36,980 nucleotides of DNA, from positions 1 to 36,980 of the IMG/VR virus record IMGVR_UViG_2713896902_000002; one strand, written 5' to 3'. The stretch is from a virus (Duplodnaviria > Heunggongvirae > Uroviricota > Caudoviricetes). Positions 1 through 8,561 of this stretch are shown in pieces (within the stretch, counting starts at the first letter, position 1; the number at the start of each line of letters is the position of its first letter). The notes beneath the pieces were generated by a model. That model was given only the letters and a program-made list of their open reading frames with translations. It did not search any database and was not told where the DNA came from. A program made the position numbers and the translations under genes.

Positions 1-1005
1 TTAATCCCCCGTGGACACTGCGTGGACACTCACGCCACCTTTCAGCGGATTAAGGACCACCGCATCCTGCAGGTAATCCGGTGCAAAATGTGCATATGCC
101 ATTGTTTGCTGAATGGTTGCGTGGCCAAGAATCTTCTGAAGCGCAATAATGTTTCCTCCGTTCATCACAAAATGGCTGGCGAACGTATGCCGCAGCACAT
201 GTGCAGCCTGGCCTTTTGGTAAATCGGGCTTAACTCTTTTCAGCGCCAGGCAGAATTCCCGGTACTTCACCTCAAACAAGCCGCCTGTTTCTCTGGTTTT
301 GATCGCCTCACAAACTGCCTGCGAAATTGGCACTGTTCTCTTTCGGCCATTTTTGGTTTCAAGAAACGTCACTCGGTTATGAACTATCTGTTCACCACGG
401 AGCTTACAGGCTTCACTCCAGCGCGCTCCAGTGCTTAAACACAAAAGAGCAACACGCCAGTAATCGCCCTCCAGTATATCGAGCAATAACGCAACTTCCT
501 TCTGGGACAGGAAAGCCATTTCTCGCGGGGATACATAAAGAATGGAGATCCCCCTTACCGGATGTTCTGCATCCCAAAGGCCTATTCTTTTCAGAACAGT
601 AAACATGCCGGATAGTCGGTTCATGTACCTGTTAGCAGATGACGGTTTCAATCCAGCAGCTATCTTTTGAGAACGCCACGCGATAATTTTCAGCTTATCA
701 AGATCCATAGCCTGCATATCAGCGCCAAGCTCATTGATTATGTTGCGCAGTTGTTTTCGGTCTTCTTCCGCCTTACGCCTGTGTTGACCGTGATACATCC
801 ACCACAACTCAAGCAAATCATTTAGCGTTCGGCGATCACGGTAGCCCTGTATATATTCCCGCTTTTCAGCGTTCGCCATGATGTAGCGTTCAGTGGCCAC
901 CGCTACCGATTTTTTGTCAAATACCTTACGCACGCGCTTTCCCTTGCGTCCGTTCGGCCTGATGTCCAGCAAATAACGACCATCTTCGAGCTTCTTAATT
1001 GACAT
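1..1005 (-). CDS. int: P2-type tyrosine integrase (ORF extends to 1020; ATG at MSIKKL preferred)
   Basis: Translation MSIKKLEDGRYLLDIRPNGRKGKR... closely parallels remembered P2 Int (MAIKKLDDGRYEVDIRPTGRNGKR...); contains ARWSE, HVLRHTFAS and MAYAHFAP catalytic-region motifs; C-terminus VSVHAVSTGD resembles P2 ESVHTVSTVE. Confidence 0.93.
   Translation of the reverse strand: MSIKKLEDGRYLLDIRPNGRKGKRVRKVFDKKSVAVATERYIMANAEKREYIQGYRDRRTLNDLLELWWMYHGQHRRKAEEDRKQLRNIINELGADMQAMDLDKLKIIAWRSQKIAAGLKPSSANRYMNRLSGMFTVLKRIGLWDAEHPVRGISILYVSPREMAFLSQKEVALLLDILEGDYWRVALLCLSTGARWSEACKLRGEQIVHNRVTFLETKNGRKRTVPISQAVCEAIKTRETGGLFEVKYREFCLALKRVKPDLPKGQAAHVLRHTFASHFVMNGGNIIALQKILGHATIQQTMAYAHFAPDYLQDAVVLNPLKGGVSVHAVSTGD
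11..33. other. candidate attL core (direct repeat partner of 35802..35824), overlapping the int 3' end
   Basis: gtggacactgcgtggacactcac matches gtggtcactgcgtggacacgcac at 35802..35824 at 21 of 23 positions, direct orientation. Confidence 0.45.
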
Positions 1006-1101
1006 TGCGAAGCCCTCCAATGAACCGCTCTACAATTTCTCCAGCCTCTTTCCAGCAATAATCAGACCAGACAAAGAGCAGGTCTAACCAGTTTTCTGGC
1101 C

Positions 1102-1422
1102 TTAGCGGGGTGATTTTTGGTTTGTTTCGATTGAAACCTGATCGCCCTCCGAATCGAAGAAGCCATCAAGAGAGAGAGGCGGAGCTATCTGTCCCGTCGC
1201 AGCATTAGTTTGATTAAACATCACCCAATCCGAATACTTCCGAAAACGAGGATGATTCAAAATCAGGAGTAACGTTTCTCCAGGTATCATTCTTCCCAAT
1301 ATTTCATAATTTTTGAGATTGTTTTGAGATACCCCTGTCACCTCTTCCATCTCTCTACGTGACAATCCCTCTGCCTCTCGAATCAGGCGAAGTTTTTCTC
1401 CAAGGCTTGATTTATGGATCAT
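1102..1422 (-). CDS. C: P2 C-type immunity repressor (alternative GTG start at 1440)
   Basis: Small protein divergent from cox; C-terminal RFRKYSDWVMFNQTNAATGQIAPPL resembles remembered P2 C (QFTKYTLWFMTNQIAPESGQIAPAL). Confidence 0.8.
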   Translation of the reverse strand: MIHKSSLGEKLRLIREAEGLSRREMEEVTGVSQNNLKNYEILGRMIPGETLLLILNHPRFRKYSDWVMFNQTNAATGQIAPPLSLDGFFDSEGDQVSIETNQKSPR

Positions 1423-1440
1423 ATGTGATCTAAACTCCAC

Positions 1441-1537
1441 ACTATTAGGTTACATGTAATACAAAACATTCAAATAGCCCAAATAAGCCTATATAAGCCA
1501 TTTTGGGCCATTTGGACGAATTAAGGAGATTACCACA
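1441..1537. promoter_or_regulatory. divergent Pc/Pe immunity switch region with candidate operator repeats
   Basis: Intergenic region between divergent C and cox; direct repeats AATAAGCC / TATAAGCC and a partial dyad (agcccaaat ... atttgggcc); cox RBS aaggag upstream of ATG 1538. Confidence 0.4.
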
Positions 1538-1825
1538 ATGAGCGAATCAGAGCTTGAGGGGTTCATTCAGGTAGCACCATATCCACTTGAAGCGGTGCCA
1601 TATCAACTATTTGCCAAGATGATTGGTCGCAAAGAATCAACCGTCAGAACCATGATTGACGCTGCAAAGTTACCAACGATTGACTTTGTGAAACCAGGTT
1701 CAGTGAAGACGCGAGCATCAGAAAACTGGGTATATCTGCCAGCATTTAACGCAGGTATGCGCAAAGCGTTTTTTGATCAGCCGAAAGAACGCCGCGATGC
1801 TTGGTTGTTGTGGCTGGGGCTTTAA
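1538..1825 (+). CDS. cox: Cox-like excisionase / transcriptional regulator
   Basis: ENWVYLPAFNAGMRKAF...RDAWLLWLGL resembles remembered P2 Cox (EYWVYLPAWNNGLKLAY...RDGWLMWLGL); divergent from C. Confidence 0.85.
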   Translation: MSESELEGFIQVAPYPLEAVPYQLFAKMIGRKESTVRTMIDAAKLPTIDFVKPGSVKTRASENWVYLPAFNAGMRKAFFDQPKERRDAWLLWLGL

Positions 1826-1831
1826 TCATAA

Positions 1832-2038
1832 ATGACCAGCAATATCACCAGCGCCATTTTGGACCTTGTGTTCCTAGAAGTGGGTGTAATAGCGATTTAT
1901 CTGCTTAGCAAGCTAACAGGACAAAAAGAACGCTTTATTGTTCTCAACGTTCATTACCTCGCCGCTTATGCCAGAGGTCTTTTTCCGATCACCATTGGTG
2001 CGGTGCTCATAGCGTTTGTTATTTGGCTCATCGGGTAG
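1832..2038 (+). CDS. small hydrophobic protein (position-equivalent to P2 orf78)
   Basis: 68-aa ORF immediately after cox, two hydrophobic segments; synteny only. Confidence 0.4.
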   Translation: MTSNITSAILDLVFLEVGVIAIYLLSKLTGQKERFIVLNVHYLAAYARGLFPITIGAVLIAFVIWLIG

Positions 2039-2049
2039 AGGCACGAAAA

Positions 2050-2508
2050 ATGAATAAGCAACAGCGAAATGGCAAGCCCCATAACACGGGATTTCGTCGC
2101 AATTACTTTGAAAATGGGCGTTATGCCGGGGAAGTAAATAGGTACGGAGTTTTTGACATGAAGCAACAGTGCAATTCTTCACAGCAATGCTTCCGCAACG
2201 GGGCGGAACGCCATGCTAACCGTTTCACTACCAGTGCATCGCGTAGCAACTCTCGCTACAGCCTGAGCGAAACACACGCCACACCTGATGGCCATCCCGT
2301 AAAACAAATTGGTGAACACACCTGGCTGATTGAGAAAGCTGGAATCGTGGTTCACAGATGCCAACGCAACCCATTTACCGGAAACCGCATTTTTGCTCTG
2401 AGCAACGGCGACAATCAGTTTGGACAGGATTTCACGTTGTACGAAGCTCTGCGCACGGTTGATCGTCTGCTGCGTGGACAGAATTTCATTAAACAGGCTG
2501 ATTTATAA
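2050..2508 (+). CDS. hypothetical early protein (position-equivalent to P2 gene B)
   Basis: ORF with RBS gagg before ATG 2050; assignment by synteny only (cox - orf - B-position - small orfs - A). Confidence 0.5.
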   Translation: MNKQQRNGKPHNTGFRRNYFENGRYAGEVNRYGVFDMKQQCNSSQQCFRNGAERHANRFTTSASRSNSRYSLSETHATPDGHPVKQIGEHTWLIEKAGIVVHRCQRNPFTGNRIFALSNGDNQFGQDFTLYEALRTVDRLLRGQNFIKQADL

Positions 2509-2518
2509 CAGGTGCTTT

Positions 2519-2797
2519 ATGACCAAAGACCATGCTCAGGGTGTATTTATCCGCTTTATTGATTTTCGCGGTGAGCTGTTGTTGCGCGCATCAGCTATTG
2601 ATGGAGTGGTTCCGGTAGATAAAAGCACGGCCACTTACATTTATCTGAACGGCACACGCCTGACCGTAGAGATTCCATATCAACCCGTATGCGAAATTAT
2701 TAGCGAAGCTGAAAAAGCACGTCAGGTTAATGGCGATAAACCCTATCTCGAAATTATCTGCATGGATTCAGAAGCTGAAATTCAGAAGGCAGATTAA
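2519..2797 (+). CDS. hypothetical early protein
   Basis: ORF beginning MTKDHAQGVFIRFIDFRGELLL; tightly packed after preceding gene. Confidence 0.5.
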   Translation: MTKDHAQGVFIRFIDFRGELLLRASAIDGVVPVDKSTATYIYLNGTRLTVEIPYQPVCEIISEAEKARQVNGDKPYLEIICMDSEAEIQKAD

Positions 2798-2808
2798 AGG
2801 GCGTTGCG

Positions 2809-3051
2809 ATGGATAAAGAATATAAAACTCTCGTCAATAAAGCACTTGAGCGCTTTCATTTTCGCTTAAACGCATCAGGCGCTCATGCTGAACGCGCAGC
2901 CCGAGAGTCATTGACCAGAGCTATCAAGAGTATATACGACACGGCTTTTTACGTTGACGACCCGGACGCGCTCGACGAGCTTTCCGTACTCGTCTGCGCC
3001 GCAGAAAACGGGGACCATATTGAGCCATATAAACTGGGAAATATTGCATGA
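2809..3051 (+). CDS. hypothetical early protein
   Basis: 80-aa ORF, tightly packed in early operon. Confidence 0.5.
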   Translation: MDKEYKTLVNKALERFHFRLNASGAHAERAARESLTRAIKSIYDTAFYVDDPDALDELSVLVCAAENGDHIEPYKLGNIA

Positions 3052-3161
3052 GTATATTTATCTCATGGCTTGTTCTGATTATTTCGGTGGCCTGCACTAT
3101 TGGGGTTATGCGAATTATTAATTCAGTAAAAAAGATTGAACGCTTTTTCACTGAAGAATAA
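3048..3161 (+). CDS. small membrane peptide (37 aa) MSIFISWLVLIISVACTIGVMRIINSVKKIERFFTEE
   Basis: ATGA start/stop overlap with upstream gene; single hydrophobic helix; below the ORF-track length cutoff. Confidence 0.3.
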   Translation: MSIFISWLVLIISVACTIGVMRIINSVKKIERFFTEE

Positions 3162-3247
3162 CCGCGCAAATAAGACTCCAGGTTAAATAAGAAAATGTGA
3201 AAACAATCCGCATTCGCGGAGGTATTCGCACACGCCAAGGAGGCGTA

Positions 3248-3451
3248 ATGGCAATTAAGCATTTTCCTGTCGTTCGTTTCACCTCCAGAGGACGTGAATA
3301 CGAAGTTGACGAACGCCTGATTACCACAATCGACAAACACCGTTCAGAAAAGGATGCACATCACATCTATCTCACTGACGGTACTTACTTCTGCGCCACC
3401 AACGTGGTGCAGGTGAATCTTATCAGACAGGTACAGGAGTCACGCAGATGA
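3248..3451 (+). CDS. hypothetical early protein
   Basis: Strong RBS aggagg before ATG 3248 (MAIKHFPVVRF...); ATGA overlap with next gene. Confidence 0.55.
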   Translation: MAIKHFPVVRFTSRGREYEVDERLITTIDKHRSEKDAHHIYLTDGTYFCATNVVQVNLIRQVQESRR

Positions 3452-3693
3452 CCATTCTGGACTACATCGCTGCCAATCCGGGTTGTAGCGGTGGAGAAAT
3501 CGCCGCAGCACTGAATACACCAACCACAACCATTAATGCGGAGCTACGCCGTCTCTGGCGCAGCGGTTCAGTCATAAGAAAAGAGCGCAAAACAGGCGGT
3601 CGCTTTTCTTATCAGGTAAACCCGATGCCGTTTGGGTGTAGCAACCCACTAACCCAGATGTTCAACCAGCTACTGAGGGAAATCAGAGCATGA
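3448..3693 (+). CDS. small winged-helix-like DNA-binding protein (predicted)
   Basis: 81 aa; MTILDYIAANPGCSGGEIAAALNTPTTTINAELRRLWRSGSV pattern typical of wHTH regulators. Confidence 0.5.
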   Translation: MTILDYIAANPGCSGGEIAAALNTPTTTINAELRRLWRSGSVIRKERKTGGRFSYQVNPMPFGCSNPLTQMFNQLLREIRA

Positions 3694-3834
3694 GCACCTC
3701 CTGCAGCCGGAAACCACGTCGGGCTTCAGCAGCTCATCCGGCAGCAAAACAAACTCCGTTAATTCCTGTTCCGGGCCTTTCCTGCACCTTGCGGCAAGAG
3801 GCCTTCGCACATCTGCAACAAGAGGATTGCCGCA

Positions 3835-4200
3835 ATGATTCTCGCCGAAGACTTTTTTGATTACCTGCTGAAAACCGAGCGCGATTTTGGTATTCGCGTT
3901 CTCGACCGCTATGCAATGTATCTGAAATCACTGCCGGAACAGCAGCTCCCGGACGGCCAGATTGTTATTGACGGGCGCTACATGGTTGGTAGCTGCCAGG
4001 AGGATTACACACTTTCCCGCATCGAAAGCGGCACGCCTTCCGTACTGGGTATTTACCAGCGAACTTCATCTCTGATTGCTGATGTAATTGCTGACAGCAT
4101 TCGCATAACACACCGTTATGCCAGCACAGAGAGCACCATGCAGGAAATCCAGCGGCTGGCTACCGTCTGCCACAATGCACTGAGCGGAAAGACGGAGTAG
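3835..4200 (+). CDS. hypothetical early protein
   Basis: 121-aa ORF with RBS gagga; immediately precedes gene A. Confidence 0.5.
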   Translation: MILAEDFFDYLLKTERDFGIRVLDRYAMYLKSLPEQQLPDGQIVIDGRYMVGSCQEDYTLSRIESGTPSVLGIYQRTSSLIADVIADSIRITHRYASTESTMQEIQRLATVCHNALSGKTE

Positions 4201-4205
4201 TCGGC

Positions 4206-7028
4206 GTGGCAACGGAGTACATCAGAGACTGGCAACAACCACGCCATGCAGTCGGTCGCGAGGGGACGGGGGAGCCTGTCCGTCCCTCCCTTCTTTCTTC
4301 CTGGCTGGATGCCTACCGGGCAGAGAACGAGCGCCGCCAGGAAATGGCTGATGCGGCGTTCTCTGCCGCACCGCTGGGCAATCTGATTAATAAAAGCCTG
4401 GACGCACAGGAAAAACAGGACAAAGCCATCACACTGGCAAGAGAAGCCAGAAAACAGGCACGCGGCGCGGTGGATGAAGCAATTGCCGCACTACGTCTGC
4501 TGCCGTCCTATCTGCGTGATCCGCTTATCCGCCATCTCTCTTTCCTGCGCAAAAAACAGGAATCCGATCGTCAGAAAGGCAAAAAGAGCTGGCAGGCTGA
4601 ACGCTACGCGCGCGGAACCCTGCGCAAAATATTCGAACGTCTGGAGCGCACCGACAGACGCTGGCTGACACCGGGTTATCGCTCCCTTGCCGGGCGTGAA
4701 CGCCTGGATGATTTACTTTACCTGCCGCAACTCAACAAACACCAGATACAGACGCTGGCCGTCATGACAGCGGCGATGTTCAGCAGCACCTTCGAAAAAC
4801 TCTGCGATGACTTTGGCGCGACCGATGGCGAGCTGACCATGGATATAACGCTGAAGGCGTATCAGATGCTGGCCCGCATGGCGTTACATCTGCACACAGT
4901 GCCGCCGCATTATGACGCACTGACAACAGACAAAGACCGGAAGAACGAACCGGACACGGAGCTGCTGCCGGGTGCAATCCTCCGCCTGACCTGTGCGGAC
5001 TGGTGGAAACGCAAATTGTGGCTTTTACGTTGCGAATGGAGAGAGGAACAACTCCGCGCTGCCTGTCTGGTTTCCAGAAAAACATCGCCCTATCTGAGTC
5101 AGGAGGCATTAAGTGAATTTCGCGCACAGCGCGAGAAAACACGCGATTTCCTGAAAAGTTTCATGCTGGAAAATGAAGACGGGTTCACGATTGATCTCGA
5201 GACGGTGTATTACGCGGGAGTAAGTAACCCGGTCCACCGTAAGGCAGAAATGATGGCCACCATGAAGGGACTGGAACTTCTGGCCGAAGCCCGTGGCGAC
5301 AGAGCGGTATTTCTGACCGTTACCTGTCCGTCAAAATATCACGCAACAACGGAGAACGGTCATCCGAATCCCAAATGGAACGGCGCCACCATGCGCGATT
5401 CCAGCGATTACCTGGTTAACACTTTTTTTAAGGCGGTCCGCAAAAAACTGAATCGCGACGGCCTGCGCTGGTATGGCATCCGCACGGTGGAGCCACACCA
5501 TGACGGCACCGTGCACTGGCACATGATGGTCTTTGCACATCCTGAAGAAATCGACAGCATCGTGGACATCACCCGTGATATTGCCATTCGCGAAGACCGC
5601 CACGAGCTGGGCAATGACATAACTCCGCGCTTTAAGGCAGAGTACGTCGACGGTTCGAAAGGTACGCCGACCAGCTACATCGCCACCTACATCGGAAAGA
5701 ACCTGGACAGCCGCGCCGTGGATGGCATTGACCCGAAAACAGGCAAGCCACGCGTTGATCACGAAACCGGAAAATCAATGGCCGAGAGCGTGGAACGCGC
5801 CATCGGCTGGGCGCGCCTTCACCGCGTCCGCCAGTTCCAGTTCTTTGGTATCCCCTCCCGTCAGGTATGGCGTGAACTCCGCCGCCTTGCCAGTCAGATG
5901 GCCCGCAACCCGGAAGGTCCACAACGTCTGGAAAATGACGCAATGGATGCGGTACTCGCTGCCGCTGATGCCGGGTGTTTTGCCACCTACATTGAGAAAC
6001 AGGGTGGCGTACTTGTTCCACGCAAGGATTACCTGATTCGCACCGCCTACGACCTCGCAGAAGAGCTGAACGATTACGGCGAGCAAAGCGTACAGATTTA
6101 CGGGATCTGGTCGCCACAAATCGGGGAATCTTCCCGCGTGTGCACGCACCCGGATAACTGGAAGCTGGTAAGACGTAAACCGGAAGCGGAAGACAGCGCC
6201 AACGAAAATGGTTTTGACCTTCAGGGCGGCCCTGCCGCCCCTTGGACTCGTGGCAATAACTGTCCCCGTGTACAGGAAACGAACAACAACGGGACAGAAC
6301 AGCCGGAAGAACGGCCAGCACCGTGGCCGCAGCTCCCTGATGGCGTTGAAGTGAACGAATGGATGCGCTCACTGAAACGGCACGAACGCCGGGCGCTGAT
6401 GCGTTCGCTTCGTGACAAACAGGCAAAAAACAGCAGTGATGAAATGCAGAGCTGGACACAGAGCCGCAAACAGCAGCGGCCTTTGCCTGATAACCACGAA
6501 TTACTCGCTAAAGAATGGCGGGAATCTGCCGAATCTCTCGGCCTGCATATCGGTGAACAGCAGATGCAGCACCTGTTACGGGGCGGCAGCCTGTACGTTG
6601 ACGGCAGCATCATTGCACCGCAGGGATTTGAAATTGTACGCAAACCGGATACCCGCCCGGACAGCCGAATCACGCAGCTCTGGCAGCGCCTGAGCCGTAA
6701 TCACGGCGTAAGCAGCACAGAGATCCGCCATAACCCGGTCGCCAGCTATCTGGAACAACTGGGGGCATCAGACCCCGAAGCCGCCGCACGTCTGGCATCC
6801 ACACTTCAGCAGGACCAGAACACCATGAAAACCCCCGTTACCGTGTTTTCTGACATGCTGCGCGCCATCCGTGACGCAGAGCACGCACAGAGAATCAGTG
6901 AAACCACTGAACGCGCCCACCGCAAAGCAGACCTGCTGCGGGGTAGCCTGACCAGTGGAAACAAAAAACAGACAGAAACGGGACTCACAAATCCCGTAAA
7001 TGAGCAAAAAACGCGCCGCGATATATGA
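4206..7028 (+). CDS. A: P2 gpA-family rolling-circle replication initiator (HUH endonuclease), GTG start, extended C-terminus
   Basis: 940-aa ORF; HUH motif in GTVHWHMMVF and tyrosine-containing YIATYIGKN; position after early genes as in P2. Confidence 0.88.
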   Translation: MATEYIRDWQQPRHAVGREGTGEPVRPSLLSSWLDAYRAENERRQEMADAAFSAAPLGNLINKSLDAQEKQDKAITLAREARKQARGAVDEAIAALRLLPSYLRDPLIRHLSFLRKKQESDRQKGKKSWQAERYARGTLRKIFERLERTDRRWLTPGYRSLAGRERLDDLLYLPQLNKHQIQTLAVMTAAMFSSTFEKLCDDFGATDGELTMDITLKAYQMLARMALHLHTVPPHYDALTTDKDRKNEPDTELLPGAILRLTCADWWKRKLWLLRCEWREEQLRAACLVSRKTSPYLSQEALSEFRAQREKTRDFLKSFMLENEDGFTIDLETVYYAGVSNPVHRKAEMMATMKGLELLAEARGDRAVFLTVTCPSKYHATTENGHPNPKWNGATMRDSSDYLVNTFFKAVRKKLNRDGLRWYGIRTVEPHHDGTVHWHMMVFAHPEEIDSIVDITRDIAIREDRHELGNDITPRFKAEYVDGSKGTPTSYIATYIGKNLDSRAVDGIDPKTGKPRVDHETGKSMAESVERAIGWARLHRVRQFQFFGIPSRQVWRELRRLASQMARNPEGPQRLENDAMDAVLAAADAGCFATYIEKQGGVLVPRKDYLIRTAYDLAEELNDYGEQSVQIYGIWSPQIGESSRVCTHPDNWKLVRRKPEAEDSANENGFDLQGGPAAPWTRGNNCPRVQETNNNGTEQPEERPAPWPQLPDGVEVNEWMRSLKRHERRALMRSLRDKQAKNSSDEMQSWTQSRKQQRPLPDNHELLAKEWRESAESLGLHIGEQQMQHLLRGGSLYVDGSIIAPQGFEIVRKPDTRPDSRITQLWQRLSRNHGVSSTEIRHNPVASYLEQLGASDPEAAARLASTLQQDQNTMKTPVTVFSDMLRAIRDAEHAQRISETTERAHRKADLLRGSLTSGNKKQTETGLTNPVNEQKTRRDI

Positions 7029-7073
7029 AGCGCGCACAAAACAGGCAAAAGCGGGATTTAAAAATCCTGTAAC
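6979..7073. repeat. two imperfect 22-bp repeats, each an internal dyad (cgggactcacaaatcccgtaaa / cgggatttaaaaatcctgtaac), upstream of parM
   Basis: Seen at 6979..7000 and 7052..7073, about 73 bp apart, spanning the end of A and the parM leader; candidate ParR operator/centromere. Confidence 0.3.
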
Positions 7074-7104
7074 CGATTAATTAATCAACATAAGGAAAAG
7101 CTAC

Positions 7105-8064
7105 ATGAAAATTTGTATCGACGACGGCTCCACCAACATCAAGCTGGCATGGACTGAGAACGGCGAACGCAGCAACGCCATCAGCCCGAACAGCTTCAAG
7201 TCGGAATGGTCTGCGCCGTTCGGTGGCACGCAGCCCGCGAACTACATGCTTGATGGCGTGCGCTATGGTTTTGATCCGGTCAGCGATCGCTTTGTCCAGA
7301 CGACCGACACGCAATACCAGTACAGCGATGTGAATGTAATCGCCATTCACCACGCGCTGGTCAAATCAGGCATCACACCACAGGAAGTGGATGTGGTTGT
7401 CACCCTGCCACTGAGCGAATATTTCGACACAAACGCACAGCCGGACATGGCCAACATCAACCGCAAAAAAGCGAACGTTATGCGCCCGGTGGAGTACCAG
7501 AACGGCAAAGCATTCACTATCCGTAACGTACGGGTTATGCCTGAATCCATTCCGGCTGGCTTTAAAGCACTGGCTGACATGAGTCCGTTTGAATCCCTGC
7601 TGATTGTGGATTTAGGCGGAACCACGCTGGATGTGGCAAAGGTTCAGGGACAACTGGCAGGTATCAGCCAGGTGTTTTGCGATCCACACGTAGGCGTTTC
7701 CCTGATGGCCGATGCCGTACTGTCGGTGATGGCCACTAACGGTATGCGTACCAGCCACCACATCGCCAATACCATTATCGAACATCGCCATGATGAAGCC
7801 TGGCTGCGCCAGCACATCCACAATGACGCGCATTACGACAACCTGATGGCGGTTATTCGTGAAAAGGAAGAAACACTGAAACAACGCGTGATCCGCGCGC
7901 TGGCGGTTTTTTCGGGTTACGGGCGGGTGATGGTTGTCGGTGGAGGGGCGGAGATTGTGGCACCCGCTATCCGCAAAGCCTGCGGAGTTAATGCGACTTT
8001 CATCGCGGACGGGGTGCCACAGTATGCTCTGGTTAATGGGCTGTACGCAATGGACAAGGAGTAA
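7105..8064 (+). CDS. parM: ParM/StbA-family actin-like segregation ATPase
   Basis: MKICIDDGSTNIKLAW...YQYSDVNVIAIHHAL...VMPESIPAGF...LIVDLGGTTLDV...VMVVGGGAEI tracks remembered plasmid R1 ParM (MLVFIDDGSTNIKLQW...WQYSDVNVVAVHHAL...VMPESIPAGY...LIIDLGGTTLDI...VMVIGGGAEI). Confidence 0.85.
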   Translation: MKICIDDGSTNIKLAWTENGERSNAISPNSFKSEWSAPFGGTQPANYMLDGVRYGFDPVSDRFVQTTDTQYQYSDVNVIAIHHALVKSGITPQEVDVVVTLPLSEYFDTNAQPDMANINRKKANVMRPVEYQNGKAFTIRNVRVMPESIPAGFKALADMSPFESLLIVDLGGTTLDVAKVQGQLAGISQVFCDPHVGVSLMADAVLSVMATNGMRTSHHIANTIIEHRHDEAWLRQHIHNDAHYDNLMAVIREKEETLKQRVIRALAVFSGYGRVMVVGGGAEIVAPAIRKACGVNATFIADGVPQYALVNGLYAMDKE

Positions 8065-8068
8065 ACCA

Positions 8069-8380
8069 ATGACGACACCAACCAGACGGATAAGTTTCTA
8101 TCTGAAGCCTGCGGCCGTCAAGAACGAAAGCGAAGCATGCGCCTGGCTGGACAGCCTTACACCAGAAGCCCGCAAAAGCGGCCAACGCGTGGCTTTTCTG
8201 GCCGGGCTGGCACTTCTGAAAATGGATCCAGCAGAGGCTTACCGACTGGCTGCATGGGCTGACGATGAGGCGTTATCTGTGACACAAACCAGGACAGAAC
8301 GCCCCGTGTCACAGCCAGTACCAACCGCACAGATAACCAGTCAGATGGCCGGAAATATCCGGGCGCTATTTCCTGAGTAA
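8069..8380 (+). CDS. parR: ParR-like ribbon-helix-helix centromere-binding protein
   Basis: RBS caaggag then ATG 8069; RRISFYLKPAAVKNE...LDSLTPEARKSGQRVAFLAGLALLKMDP...IRALFPE resembles remembered R1 ParR (RRTIAFKLNPDVNQ...LDSIPQGERSRLNRAALTAGLALYRQDP...LRSLFPKE). Confidence 0.7.
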   Translation: MTTPTRRISFYLKPAAVKNESEACAWLDSLTPEARKSGQRVAFLAGLALLKMDPAEAYRLAAWADDEALSVTQTRTERPVSQPVPTAQITSQMAGNIRALFPE

Positions 8381-8386
8381 GCAGAG

Positions 8387-8407
8387 CCAGGGCGGAAACC
8401 GCCCTGG
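8387..8407 (+). terminator. perfect stem-loop ccagggcgg-aaa-ccgccctgg after parR (no T-tract)
   Basis: 9-bp perfect stem directly after parR stop; no U-run, so intrinsic terminator function uncertain. Confidence 0.35.
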
Positions 8408-8561
8408 ATGTAATCAGCAGAGAGTGTGAACCCACACCACATCACGCTCCATGAAATTTGCATAATTTAACTATGATTTTTGCAACTCTCCATTCATAAT
8501 GTTAGTAATAATTAACCAATCTAAACCCATAAGAGCCACCATTGTTAAATTCAGGTGACGT

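Noticed and set aside
5632-6459. 275-aa minus-strand ORF (and neighbours 5331..5762, 6221..6673) lying inside gene A
   Set aside because: Antisense to a well-supported 940-aa HUH initiator gene; Arg/Cys/Pro-rich low-complexity translation typical of GC-rich alternative frames; no RBS.
7105-8064. Interpreting the actin-like ATPase as a host MreB/FtsA-type gene or a defence ATPase
   Set aside because: Length and motif-by-motif similarity are to plasmid ParM, and a ParR-like RHH gene follows immediately with RBS coupling; retained as ParM pending functional test.
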